Assembly: GCF_009914755.1 (NCBI RefSeq)
Contig: NC_060925.1
DNA from: the human T2T-CHM13v2.0 reference genome, Homo sapiens
Reading direction: 5' to 3' (one strand)
DNA length: 64,000 nt
This document shows, piece after piece, positions 1 through 13,984 of the stretch. Under the pieces are notes generated by a model. It did no database searches. It worked only from the letters and a program-made list of their open reading frames with translations, and was not told the DNA's origin. Made by a program: the position numbers and the translations under genes. The first letter of the stretch is position 1; each line of letters opens with the position of its first letter.

Positions 1-1743
1 CTCTTTGCTCATGCCTGCATTCATGGTCGGTGGCAGGTAATGTGGCTGTGCTGATTTAGGCTGGACTCTGACATGTTGGGGGTTGGCTAGACCTAGAATG
101 GCCTCAGCTGGGATATTTCAAAGGTGGCAGCTTTCTGCACACTCTGGCCAACTCTCTTCTACTAGCTCTATCCATCTAGAAAGTAATGGCTGTGATGCAT
201 TGATGACAATTCCTGACTTTGTGTGTATTTGTGTGCTAACATCGAGAATAAAAACCGAAATCCTTGCATTCCTTTGCAAGCCTGTAAATTGCATGGTTTT
301 GTTTTTAAGTGCAATGGAAATGAGTAAGAACTCAATGGAATAATTTTTCATTTTGTAGTTTCTGATTGTGCAAAGGATCAAAACAAGGGTAAAGACCAAT
401 TAAAAACATGCTAACACTATTCTATTTCTGTGTGAAGATCTATCGGAACAGAAAAAGCCTTTTAGTATAAGTATACGTACAAAAAAGTCAACTTTTTTTC
501 TGTGACTGAGAAAGCTCTCACAGATAAGTGAGCTAGCTCTGAAATACATAAAACCTTTTCATATGTAAATAAAGTAAAACCTGGCAGCTCTACCATCTGT
601 GAAGGTGTGAGAGTTCTTAGAAAATGACTCATTCAGTTAGGCAAAGATGTGAAACCATATTTGAATGTAAAAATATGCAAACTACACAGAATCTAGGATA
701 TTGGGGGCAGCAACAGCACATACTCTTAACAATACAGTGTTTAGAATAAACGTGAGATTGTTGAGAAATTGACAAATACTACAGTAGTGAATGAAAAAAC
801 TAAAAGTAATAAATACTGCTTTTGAAAAATTGGTCTGACTTAGTATGTAAAAATAAGTGTTAAAGGGCCTACAGAGATCATTTATTTCAACACCATTTTC
901 AGATTACAGCACTAAAAAAGAATCGTAGGCCCAGAGAGGTTGAGTGAGTTGCCAATAGGACATAGAAAGCTTGTGGCGCTGGCAGGACTGGATGTACAGT
1001 GTGCTGATGCCTAAGTCTCATCTCTTTCTTCTAGACCTGGCTCCTCTTTACTTCTGAGAAAAATCCTCTACTGACTTTAATGTGTTTCTATAGTATTTAG
1101 GGCCTAAAAGATATCCTTTCTCTTGTGCTGGCTCAGGAATTTATTATTAACTTGAGTGTTCCATATAACATATTCAAGCTTTCACATCCAGAAAACTGGC
1201 GTCTTGATGGTTTTCATGAGACAAGACAGAAAACTGCATCTTATGATATAAGGCAAATCACAATGCTATCTTTTTCAGAATTATCTTTTCACGTGATAAC
1301 TCCCAAAATGTGCAATTTTACTCATTATTTTATTTATCTAAGCTTTGCAGAATAGAGTAATTGAATTCTCCAAATCTGTGTTGAGTAGAAATCCTCCAAC
1401 ACTGTCCTAATGTCAGGGAGACACAACTTTAATTGATGCCTTCTCCTCCACCCCCCTCAAAAAATGGGAGCCAGTGTTCCTAGGAATATTTGATATCTTT
1501 CTCTTCTTTAATTGGCAATCAGTTCTCATTCTAATAAATGGGGAAATATACCACATAAAACCAATCAACTGGTTTGGTTTTCCTTGCCCCCAAAGTTGGG
1601 AAAATGGAGAAACAAATAGAATTCAAATTTTGCTCCATTTACCTAACATGCATATAAAATTGACTATTTCCGAGGTACTAAGATATGTGGTAAAATTTTA
1701 ACTTTTTCTCCTAAAAAGAAACAATGATACTAGTGATCTAAAA

Positions 1744-2087
1744 CAGGGGTCCCCAGTGCCTGGGCCACAGACTGGTACCTGTCTGTGGCTTGTTAGGAAC
1801 CGGGCCACACAGCAGAAGGTGAGTGGTAGTTGAGCAAGCATTACCACCTGAGCATGGCCTCCTGTCAAATCAGCAGCGGCATTAGATTATCATAGGAGCG
1901 CGAATCCTATTGTGAACTGCACATGTGAGGGATTTAGGTTGCATGTCCCTTATGAGACTCTAATGCCTGATGATCTGAGGTGGAACAATTTCATCCCAAA
2001 ACTATCTTACCCCACTACCCCTCCATTCTTGGAAAAATTGTCTTCCACGAAACTGGTCCCTGGTGCTAAAAAGGTTGGGGACCACTG
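1744..2087 (+). mobile_element. MER1B-like hAT/Charlie DNA transposon
   Basis: Terminal inverted repeats CAGGGGTCCCCA / TGGGGACCACTG and an exact 8-bp TSD ATCTAAAA (1736-1743, 2088-2095). Confidence 0.9.
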
Positions 2088-3131
2088 ATCTAAAACAATG
2101 ATCAATTAAAACCATTTCAGTTTATGATTTTAATTCCAGTCTAAACAAAAGTTAATTATTGTTACCAAACTATACATATAATCAGAGATTCATATAATTG
2201 AAGATTATATGAATAGTTTGGTGACAATAATTAACTTTTGTTTAGACTGGAATTAAAATTTGTCTGCATATATTACTGGAAAATCAAAGACTTTATAGCA
2301 CCCATGCTTCTTACTAATGCAAATATAGGAGCTGTGCAGGTAAGCAGTTTGGTAAGAAGTAAAGGGTGTGAACATTGGAGTCACATTGCCCAGTTCAAAG
2401 CTCAGTGCTGCCACTGTTATCCAAACAACTCCAGATAAGTTCCTTCATCTTTGCATCTCATTTTGTAAAACAAGAGCACTAATACTGCTTACAAGGTAGG
2501 ATTGAGATGATATATACATTGCACTAACAAAATACTTAGTATTTAACAAGAGTTTAGCTTAGCTGTAACTAGGAGACTGGGCTAGTGGCACACTAACCTA
2601 GTATATCTCCTGGGAGTTTTCTTTGTATTTCTTTTTTTTTTTTTTCAAAGCTCCAAAATCTATGTTATTAGCTTATTTATCATTTACTTTTTTCTTTTAA
2701 AAATAATATCTGTTTAGTTGAGGTCAGACAGACAGAATGATTATAAACCCCATCTATGTTTAAAAGTGGCTATATAACCCATCATTCTTTGTCTCTATCT
2801 CTCTGTTTTACTGGTTTCCCATTGATTACTGAATTAAATAAGACCCTTGACATGTTCATTTTTAGATCTGTTGAAGAGTCATAATTATATCTTGCTTAAA
2901 GATTATCTTTTAGCAAATTACCATTTAATACAATTAAGAGCACATTTTCTAAATCGATGAAAAGGAGAAGAAATAAAAAACCCATGCCCACTAAAAAGCT
3001 GTCATGACCATGTTTTTCTTTCAAGTGTTAAAAAACATGTTACTATTTTGCATTCTTGACTTACTCCAAGTTAAGTGACAAGGTCATAATTATTACTAGA
3101 AAAGATATAGCAACAGTTGTATTTTGTTTTG

Positions 3132-3137
3132 TTTAAT
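3132..3137 (-). terminator. ATP6V1G3 polyadenylation signal (ATTAAA)
   Basis: ATTAAA on the minus strand about 150 nt after the stop codon, implying a short 3' UTR. Confidence 0.65.
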
Positions 3138-3285
3138 TCAGTGCCGATGTATGAGTTATGTCACATTTCCTGTAAATGTAAATTTAAGGTTCTCATTTCA
3201 AATTTCTCAACATAAAAATACGAAGCCATAAGCAACCAGGTGGCACTCACACACCTTTTTTTTTCTTGAAAACTGTGATGTACAT

Positions 3286-3459
3286 TTAGTTGGTGGCTCT
3301 GTAGTTCACATGGATTTCTGGTTTCATGTCACAGACCATGCTCAAGAGCTGGTTCATCACACTTTCCATATACTTATTGTAGTGTCCATTAAGTTCTTGT
3401 ATCTTCCCTAGTGTTTGTTCTTCTATTTCATCTGAGAGATTATTCTGAGAGCCCATTAT
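3286..3459 (-). CDS. ATP6V1G3: ATP6V1G3 last coding exon (174 nt; IMGSQNNLSDEIEEQTLGKIQEL...CDMKPEIHVNYRATN*)
   Basis: TAG acceptor (AG at 3461-3460) and TAA stop at 3288-3286. The exons sum to 82+101+174=357 nt = 118 aa + stop. Confidence 0.97.
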   Translation of the reverse strand: MMGSQNNLSDEIEEQTLGKIQELNGHYNKYMESVMNQLLSMVCDMKPEIHVNYRATN

Positions 3460-3938
3460 CTACCAAAACAAAACAGACAGAATTCACATCATAATACAAT
3501 TGTTTTACAAGTTAAATTTGTCCTAGCCTGTTTACTGATGATTGTCCTACAATGCACAATTATGTACTCCTTTTCTAGATTTTTTCAGAGAACCAACAAG
3601 ATCATCAATGCCATGAGTGGGAAGGATGAACTTTCATAAAATATTGAAACTGGTCATAGCAGATTACTTTCACTTTTAACCAACCTCCACATGGTACAAA
3701 TTGAATACACATTTATAATCATTAAACCATGCCCAGAAGTTCTTTTCCATCACATTTTTCATGTATTTATGACAGTTTCCATTTAGTTCCCATATATTCC
3801 CTATTGTTTATTTTCTGAATTATAAGTCTGGAAAACAGAGTTGAAAGACACCATTAAACCCACTTTTGCTGTTTTTTAAAGAGTGTTTAAAAGTTTTAAA
3901 CAGTTGCTGGTTTTTAAAGAGTGTTTTTCTATTTTTAA

Positions 3939-4316
<378 letters not shown>

Positions 4317-5399
4317 GCCGAAGTGTGTTTCTTTGGGTAATAGATATTATCTTGAACACTTAGTGTAAGTTGTACTTCTTTAAAATTGAGTGTGCTTGTT
4401 CATTTAGTTACATCATAATTGTAGACACAGTTTAATATATCTTTCTAATTGCTCTTTAATTGGCAGTGATTCCCAGTATTTTCTATTATCTCCTCTTTCC
4501 TCATAGCTTCTTTATCAAGGAATGATTTGACCAAAATATAATTTCACCAGAGGAGTTAACAATTTAAAGGAATTCTGCAGTGAAACACTTTGAAAGTTAG
4601 CCTTTACTAAAGCAAAAAAAATCAACTCCTAACGTATCTCCTTTGTAAACTTAGTCTTTCCTACACATGGCATTTTAAAGGCAAGAAGACTGTTTTATGT
4701 TTGTTTGCTTTTTCCGTCTGAGAGTGTTTAGGAAAAGTATGCATTTAATTTAATCCAAGATACTCCAGTAATGATTGACTTCTACTTCAGGGTTGTTAGA
4801 CTATTCTAAATTCTAAAATCTGCATGATCTTTTTGAGTCCTAGGCTTGAAATCAAATGCCACTGAGGCGCTTGGGTTCAAGTTCTTTCTGTTTACAGTCC
4901 AGGCAATGGGGTCTTCTCAGTTCAAAGAAAATAATTTTGAAAAGTTACAGTTTCTAAGACATCAAATAACTTTTGCAGAATAACATTTTGATAAGTGAGT
5001 ATACAAGAAGCAGAAACATATGGATCGAATTTCCCTTGCTAAGAAGAAATTTTAAAATAGAAGAGAACTACTTATTAAAATGGCTCTACCAAGCTCAAAA
5101 TTTTTCCTCTAAATTTAGTGTCTTAAGTGTGATTCTACCAAATTAAAAAAATAATTCTCTAAATTCAGTGTCTTCTAGTGGTAAAAAATTAAAAACAAAC
5201 TGTTGTGAAACTATTACCTACTTTTCTTTGGAACAGCATTAAAAATAGTTGTCATTGGGTTGGTTTAGTGTAACTGTTGTGAATGACTTTGGAAAAGTTA
5301 ATCTCAAGCTTAGGTTCTCTATTTTTTTATAGGGATAATATCATCCATTTGATAAGATACTGTAAAATGCAAACCAGATTCATTGGTAAGTGTGCAGAG

Positions 5400-5708
5400 C
5401 AGTTGTGTCTAACAAAAGTGTAATATGAGCCACAAAGGCAACTCATATATAGGTAATTATAAGTTTTCTAGAAGCCACATCAAAAGTGTAAAAGAAGTAG
5501 GTGCAGTTATTTTAGTAATATATTTAATCTAATAATATTCATATTTTAACATACAATCAATATAAAAATTATTACATTCTTTTATTTCATACTAAGTCTT
5601 TGGAATCTGGTATGTAGTTTACACTTATAGCACATCTTGATTGGGACTAGCTACACTTCAAGTGCTTAGTAGCCACATGTGAAGTGGTCACCATTTTGGA
5701 CAGTGCAG
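5400..5708. mobile_element. MER33/MER3-like hAT element
   Basis: Recognisable motifs (aagtgcttagtagccacatgtg...ttggacagtgcag). Confidence 0.7.
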
Positions 5709-7539
5709 CAATAAATGGCAGCTGTTAATATTAGTTGAATTCTTAATGTGGCTTTTCAAGACACCATAATCATTTTCCAGAGAGACTTATAAAGATGACT
5801 CTTAGCTCAGTTTAACTCTGAACAAGTAATCAGTACATGTTAGTGATTATTACTATAATTTTCACTGATTGTTTTACTTGTACTTTTCAAATTTTTCCAA
5901 TATGTTCTGTATTTTCAGAAACATTGTAATACCCTTGTAATACCCCATAATCACGTCTCATCCTGCATAATTAAACAAAATATTATTTCTGAATTTATTT
6001 GATGCCCAGTGATTTGAGTTTCTGCAGTGTTTCCTATGCAGTACTATAACAATGACTAGTCATACACTATTTTAAATGGTTTTCCTAGGGAAGAATTCCA
6101 TATCTTGATATCTGCAGACAGAGTATTGATTTAACCCATGTAGGAGTTTCAGTGAATGAATGTAAGTGGCACAAAGACAAGAATCATGTTCCTTGATGTA
6201 TTATAAATGCCTTGAACACTGTCTGGCACTTAGTAGATGCTCAATACACATTTGTATTGAGTAGAATGATTAGATATCTTGGATATTACAGAGAACTCAT
6301 TACTGTGTTCTGTTGCTCATGTTGATGGAAACCTGTTACCTGAATGTTTGGGAGAATGTATAAGTTAGTAGTTGATAATTCTGTAACATGTCATGATACA
6401 TTTGGTCTAAGGGTGACATGTGAGGACTTCTCCATGTTAATTTTCAAAATGTCAGTGTTGAAACTGATGTATAGCTTTACAGCATAATGACTGATGGTGA
6501 TGGAAGAACTTTAAACATTCAATATGTTTTTTTACAAGTTGTTTAAATGTTCCAGTTTAAGGTAAAGCAGAGCTTCAGGTCCCATCACCGCAAGAAAAAC
6601 AGTTTTATGCTCTCAATTTGTGATTGCCTCCAGCAAACAAAATGCTCTTGGGATATAAATTCAGGAAGAAAGACTAAAGATATAAAGGTCTTCAATATGC
6701 CCAAGGCAACCATTTTCAGGTTTTCTACTTAGATTCATGATCTATCTGACTTTTACTTGTATTAACAACATATTTAATTTTTCTACTGTAGTCCAGATTT
6801 CTTTTTAGCAATATAATATTTTCTTTAGATAGGGTAGCACTAAGGAAGGGATAAATAGATTTTTGATGAAGCAATATTTGCTAACGTACAGCCCACATTG
6901 GGATACCTGCTTCCGTTGATAAGTCAGGGGACTTGAAAAATCACATATATTAACAAGAGCTAAAAAGCAACAAAAAGTAACATCAAGATACAACACCCAC
7001 GGCACACAGGAGGCTGGTTTCTTGGGTCTCCTCCCAGACCTCCTAATTGCCCTGGGTTAATGAGGATAAGATTTAAGTGGAATAGCAATATGCCTGACAT
7101 ATGGAGGTCATGCCAAGGAGAGAAGATCTGTGCTAATGGTTTTACAAAATGCTCGAAGTAGCTGAGGCTTAAATATGCTGACCTTTCTATGTGAGCTTTT
7201 GATCAAATAACTGTAAAATTGGCTTGGAGCGCTAATTATGAGAGAGATGAGGAGTTTTGATTATTTAATTATTAACCAAAGCAGAAAACAAATAACCTGA
7301 ACAAGATATATATATCTGATAAGATTCTTCTGGAGAAATGATATTTGAAGAGATTTAACACAAGCACTTTCTGAAATTGTGATTAGTTTTGTTATTACTT
7401 AAAAAACGGAAATAATTATATCAGAAATATCCTATATAAGATAATCAAAGCTGAATAATGTTAAAGATGATTGTTTTCTCAGGTCCTAATAGATCATGGT
7501 TATGACAGGATTCAATAAGAAAGAAAATCAAAGAAAAAA

Positions 7540-8010
7540 ATGTTATTCATTCTTTCAACAAATATTTATTGCATGTCTACTGTGTGGCAGGCACTGTTCT
7601 AATGTCTAGGAAAACAGAGAACAAAACAAAGAAATGATTCTTTTGGTGTTTAAAGTCCCAGAAGGAAAGATAGGCAATATGCAAAAAACAATATAAAATA
7701 TATCAGATAATGCTAAGTGCTATGAGGAAAAAGAGTGGACTACAATAGGTATGTGTTTATGACAGACACAATTTTAGATAAAGTGATCAGGAAAAGGTGC
7801 TAACAATTGAATAGAGATCAAAGAAAGATGAATATATCTAAAGAAAAGAATTGTAGGGCGTGAGAATGGTACATGTGAAGGCCTCATGGTAGGGGCATGT
7901 TCTAGCTGCTTGAGGAAGAGCAAAAGACCAATATGGCTAGAACAGAACTAATAGAGACTAGGGTGGTAGAAAATGTGGTGAGAGAGATAGCCAAAGGCCA
8001 ATCATGGAGT
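7540..8010. mobile_element. L2 fragment
   Basis: L2 3'-end motif attcattctttcaacaaatatttattg followed by a purine-rich L2 body. Confidence 0.65.
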
Positions 8011-8974
8011 GTTGTATGAACTTAGGACTTTAGGATTTCTTGTTTGCAAACATTGATAAAAATTTTTATGTTTGCTGAGTGGTCCATTTAATTCTAGAAA
8101 GGACCTTTTTTATTTGATGAAAAAGGTTTTGTTATTATGTGGTCCAATTTATCTGATCCTACATGAACTCCTTATCCATTACCATTAAAATAGAAGTTGT
8201 AAATAAAGATTTCCAAATTGCTAATAATTTATTGGCAGTGTCAGGCTTCTGCACAGAGCTTTACTTATATTTTTATTGAGGCCAAAATAAAATATCATAT
8301 AAAATTTAGTTATAATACATGGAGTTAAGCACTTTCTTTTAGCCCATGTTGCAACATGGAAAGGAGGGTGTCCGCTCCAAAGGTTTCATGCATTTATAAT
8401 TTACAGTAAACTGCAGATATTTAAAAATGTGCCAATGTAGGAAAAAGCATTTCTTTATCTCTAAATGAAAGATTTATTGAATGAGTCAGCCAGTTGCAAA
8501 GGAAATCATCAGGAAATACCAGAAGGCTTTTCAGAAATTTGCAACAATATCTACTTTGGTCATTTGTAAATCTTGGAAATATTAGTTATTTATGTAACTA
8601 ACCATATATATTTATATAAAAACATGTTCTCTGAAGTTATTTTACTAAAACATGTAGTCAATAATCAGTGGTAGGAATGAGACTTTAAGCAATCCCTTCA
8701 GCTTGTATATTTGTGAATATGATTTTTAATATATACTATATATTACATAATAACTACTGATGGACCCTTTATGTGAGAAATTAAAAATGCCTTGAAAGTG
8801 AAAATGTAAAATCAGTAATTATTATGTTTAAGATTTTGCTTGATGTTCAGCTTGATTGAACTATATCTGCTCAATTGCAGCATATTTTTTTCTGTCAATA
8901 TCCTATATTAAACCTTATAAATATGAAGATCTTATCTATTCTGCATAAGAAACAGTGCTGACTTTCTTACTCAC

Positions 8975-9075
8975 CTTAGATTGTTTTAGTCGAAACTCTT
9001 TATCTCTCTGCATTCTGTACTGGTCAATTTCTACCATTGCTTCCTCCTTGGCTTGCTTCAATCGCTTTCCTTTTC
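8975..9075 (-). CDS. ATP6V1G3: ATP6V1G3 second coding exon (101 nt; RKGKRLKQAKEEAMVEIDQYRMQRDKEFRLKQSK)
   Basis: TTTTCAG acceptor (AG at 9077-9076) and AAG|GTGAGT donor. Phase fits the flanking exons, and it carries the G-subunit motif RLKQAKEEA. Confidence 0.97.
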
Positions 9076-9089
9076 CTGAAAATTAACAA

Positions 9090-9170
9090 ATATATATATA
9101 TATATATATAATTATATATATCAATATATAAATATTTATTATATATATCTCAACAAGGATATATATATTA
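9090..9170. repeat. (TA)n / AT-rich simple repeat next to the exon acceptor
   Basis: Directly visible. Confidence 0.9.
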
Positions 9171-11899
9171 ACAACTGTACATATATGTTACACACGTATG
9201 CATATGGAGCTGCAAACTTAGTTTTTTTAAAATAGATACATTCTTCCTTATTTTTGATGATTTTTTCTAGAATGGCAAACTTTGCTAAAAAAATAGATAT
9301 TGAAAATTTTATTATTTTTTATTGGATTCTTTAGGACACGTAAATGACAACTTTTTTTTGCACTTACATGTTTAAATAAAATATCTGCCCATTTACTCAC
9401 AGCAGTAATGCCAGAGAACAGATTTTAGCTGTCACTTACTCAAAAAGACATTATTTGGTCAGATTTTCAGTCTTGATTTGCTGCCAGAATCCTTCAGTCC
9501 ACACCAACTGGATCCTATTTAACACTGGCAGATCTCCAAAATCACTACAAACATGCAACTCAGACTCTATCAAACTAACTTACAATTTTTAAAAACGTTT
9601 TATTGGGATTTTTCCTTACCATTTGTTGACTCTACAATGTCTGATTAAGCCTCAATACATCAAAGCAATTTTTTTTTTTTGTAACTTTCTCTGAGGGGAA
9701 CTTGCTTGAAAGTGGCTATAAAACCAATTGTTTTTAATGATTAGGAGATTTAGTTAAGTAGCCTTTTTTCTTTTATTAAGAGCAAAGGTGTAAGCCTTAA
9801 GCTAGCAGACAACATAAACGAAAGTTTTAGACGAATACAATGCTGTGGTAATCATTAGCTGAGCACATGACTTTTTTTGACAACCAGAGTAAGTTTGGGG
9901 GGGGTTACAGACAAATATTAATTGGTGCTTTGCTCTCTCCACCCACCACCTTGGGGCTTAGCTACTAATGCTTCATGATCATTAAAACTTTAAAGAAATT
10001 CTGAACTACATTAAAATTCTTTTTTTCTATGAATCTATTGTCTTTCAATTTCAGTAAAATGCCTCCATTCTTTTACCCATTTTATAGTTTTTTTCCTCTG
10101 ATAATGTTTCTTAAGTATTGTTTACAATTTCTGTCAACCATTTGTTATATTGTAAAGACTTTGAACTAAAGAATAATGTGTTCTCAGGTAGCATGAAAGA
10201 AAATCTTAGTGTAAACTTTTATCTGTCTCCCATTTACCTATGCATGTATCTACCTTTGCAGCATTTGCACAGAGATTGTTTCTCAATTTCTTTCCCTTCT
10301 AAGTATGAGTTGCTTCACTAGTCTCTGTATGTATATGGGATAAAAATAGAGTCACTGAGTTACAAACTGAAATGTGTCTCTTTTAATATCTACCACCCTT
10401 GAATGGAACTGGGAAGTCCTCATTCAGAACAGATATTTAGCTCTGCCTACACTTTCTTTAAAATCTGAGATCTGCTGAAAACTACTGCTCTTCTGTTGCT
10501 TGAGGCTTAATGGAACATTAATAGCAATGCTTATCTTTATATTAATTAATGCTCATTACCATTTTGTATATACTGATTCCTTCATTCTCTATAGTTGTAA
10601 CCATTTTGTGACAACTACATATATATTATTCACAGAGATTCTCTGTGAGCAGAATAAATCGATGATATGTTGGTAGGAAAAACTATTCCTTGATCTCCAA
10701 CCCACTTTCTTCTATCTGTTTGTCATTTACATCAGAACAAAAATACAGAATGTTAATGTATTGATTTTTTTTAGTAATAATGGGTTGTAGGATACATAAT
10801 TATTTTACAAAATAAATCACATGCCTCACTACTCTCCATCTTAATTGCATAATATCTAAAAATAGTGGTTTTAAAGTTATGCCTCTCTAGCACATTAAAA
10901 AAAAAATCATAGGAAAGGGTCTGTGTGCCCTACCCTTGAGTGGAATTCAGCACTCCACTAAGAGGCTGTATATTAGCTCCATCACACGGTGACAGGCTCA
11001 GAGCGTGTCTGTGATTCCCTTGTCATGGCACCAGTCACCTGCTGGTTCTCATTCAATTAAATGGGAGAGCCACAGGGAAATCGTTGCTGGCACAGCAATT
11101 TTCTTGATAGACTCAGCAGCTGCTGCTGTGTAAGAGCCTGCATATGCTCCACCTGATTTAATCCAGTGGAAAAAACTGGAGCCTAAAGCCTACTGTTCTG
11201 TTAGAGGTGAAACAAAATGCACACTTCAAATCCACTCATATTAACCTCTAACTTGCTTCTCTCTGTGTGTAAGAATTTGGCAATTCTAAAATTATACTTA
11301 TTTCTTTGTATGCATTAAAAACATGGCTGCTGTGACCAAAAGCGGGGAGAAAAGACATTTGGACTGATTTTCAGGTGGTTTGTGGGAAAAGGATTAATAA
11401 AATCAATTTTGGGCAGGTTAAAACAACTCTGTGTCGGAGACAAAGGGTAATGCTTGAAGATGGACTCTTCCTGGCCTTCTCATTAGGACAGGCCAGGTGA
11501 ACTGACTGTCCCCAGATGCGATAAGTTCTTGAGGTACAGAGAAACCTAATTCTGTTGGATTGCTAAATTTGTTCTAGGCTCTTTTCCCAATGGAGAAGAT
11601 AGGATTTCATTTATCATCTAAGGCAATCAGAATCATGCACTAGGCATCATGGCAATAAAACATTAGAAGCTTTGTAACTTTGAGCAGGTTATTGAGTTTT
11701 CTCATCTATAAGACAGATTTAATAATCTACCATAAAAAGTTATTGGAGGGATTAGAAAAAAATGTATATAAAATGATTGACAAAAGTAGTTGTTTAATTA
11801 TTTTAAATAATTATTAGGAAAACGGGTCCAATTCCTAGGGGCCTTTTGCTAAAAAAGAAGTCAAGGAGAAAAAAAAAGGCAAGGGGTAAAGCGTGAGTT

Positions 11900-13780
11900 T
11901 GAGGAGAAGTCCTCAGGCTGTCACTAGAGAAGCCTCTGTAAGCTTTCCTGAGGATATTTAATTGGAGGTATGCAGACGACAGCTGGGGAGACAAAATTGG
12001 GATGCAGGAGGAAGGTCTGAAATGAAGACAGAGATTTGCATATTAGTCATTGGGGCCTGTATATATGCTAGTTATAGCAATGGGATTTAGACAGAAATCA
12101 AGGGAGAGTATACAGAATGAGGAGAAAAGAAGGCTAAGGTCTCAGCTTGGGGGAATATTAACACTCAACCTTTAAGAAAAGAAGGAGGAAGGTTGGAAGG
12201 AGCCAGTAGTAGTCAGAGAAGTTGGAGAAACCAAAAGACAGAAGAGAACATTCCAAGAAGGATATGGCCAGCAGTATCAAAAGACACAGAGAACTGAAAT
12301 AAGAGATATTTAATCAACATAACTAGATGTCTATTCTGTGCCACACACTATTGTAGATCTATGGATATAGCAGTGAAAGCCACAAACTTTTTGTTTCATG
12401 GAGTTTGTGTTCTGAATGTAGTTGGGGAGATAAAAATAGAAAATGGACAATAAGTATATAATATGACAGGGATGATGGTGAAGAAGAAAGGAGAATAAGG
12501 GGTAAAGAAAGATGGTGGATTCTACTTTAGACAGATCAGGCCTCTCAGATGAAACAATATGTGAACAGAGGCCTAAAGGAATAAGGCAACTAGTCATGCA
12601 GATATCTGAAGGGGGAGAGTCTTCCAGGCAGGGGGAAGGGTCCTCCAGGCAGAGGGAACAGCAAGTGCAGAGGCCCTGAGGTGGGAGGATATTTGCCATG
12701 CTGAAGGAAGAGCAAAAACACCATCATGGCTGGAGCAAAGAGAACAGGATATTCAATCATGAATGTTAGGAGATGGTATTAGAAAGATAGTAGCACGACC
12801 AGGTCATATTGATCTCACAGGGCACGGTAAGAATTTTGGTCTTTGGAATACTAAATTCATGAAGGGTTCTTAGCCAAGGCATGACATAATACTACTTGTA
12901 ATTTAAAAGGATTTCTTGGCTAGGCACGGTGGCTCATGCCTGTAATTGCAGCACTTTGGGAGGCTGAGGCAGGTGGATCATGAGGTCAAGAGATCGAGAC
13001 TATCCTGGCCAACATGGTGAAACCCGGTCTCTACTAAAAATACAAAAATTAGGTGGACATGGTGGTGCGTGCCTGTAGTTCCAGCTATTTGGGAGGCTGA
13101 GGCAGGAGAATCGCTTGAACCCAGGAGGCAGAGGCTCAGTGAGCCAAGATCACGCCATTGTATTCCAGCCTAGCAACAGAGTGAGACTCTGTCTAAAAAA
13201 AAAAAAAAAAAATTTCTTTGGCTGGTGTGGTGAAAATAGAAAATACACTATAGGGGTAAAGGAGAATCAAGAAGATCAGTCTGAAATTTGTTGCAATTGT
13301 TCAGGCAAATTTAATAATTGCTGGAAATGGTAAAGTAGTAGTGGAGTTAGCAAGAAGAGGGTAGATATATTTTGGAGGTGGAATTGATACATGAGCATGA
13401 GAGACAGATATGAGTCAATGATGGCACCAACATTTTATTTTGGGGATGGAGTCAATACTGCAATTTCGTTGATATGCCTATTCAACATCCAATAGTGATG
13501 CTGAGACAGCTGGTGTTTATATGAACTTAGAGATCAGGGAAGCAACGAGTGCTGGGAATATCAAGTTTGGGAGTCATCAACTTGAAGCTGGTCTGTAAAG
13601 CCATGAGATCAGATGAGAGCACCTCAGAAGTATCTGCTGATAACCAAGAGAACAGGTCCAAATTGGGGTCCGACTTTAAGGATTGAGAAGACAACAGGAA
13701 GCCAACCATGAGAGTAGTGTTCCAAAGTCAAATGAAGAAAGAGTTTCAAAGAGGAAAGAGGGATCTAATTATGAATGAGA
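11900..13780. mobile_element. L2 fragments, interrupted by an Alu
   Basis: Purine-rich L2-type motifs (ttccaggcagagggaacagcaagtgcagaggccctgagg). Confidence 0.65.
12918..13212 (+). mobile_element. AluS (AluSc-like)
   Basis: Full dimer with gaggtcaagagatcgagac, an A tail and a flanking repeat atttctt. Confidence 0.95.
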
Positions 13781-13984
13781 TATTGAATTAATATTGGGTT
13801 TAGCAAGACTGGTGATCTGGGCAAGAGGAACTATTGGTGGAGTTATAGGAAGAAGTGTTCAATAGAAAATGGAATGAAACATTGTAGACACAGGGAACAT
13901 AGGCAACTTCTCTGAGAAGTTTTAACCAACAAAGGGGAACAAAGAAAATAAAATAAGGGCTCAAGGTGGTCAAGTGGATTTGAC

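Noticed and set aside
8966-8974. Second GT donor 4 nt downstream (GTGA-GTAAG)
   Set aside because: This is an expected by-product of the GTGAGT consensus, with no evidence of use.
9390-9445. Two donor-like sites (GTGAGT, GTAAGT) on the minus strand
   Set aside because: I found no convincing matching acceptor or reading frame.
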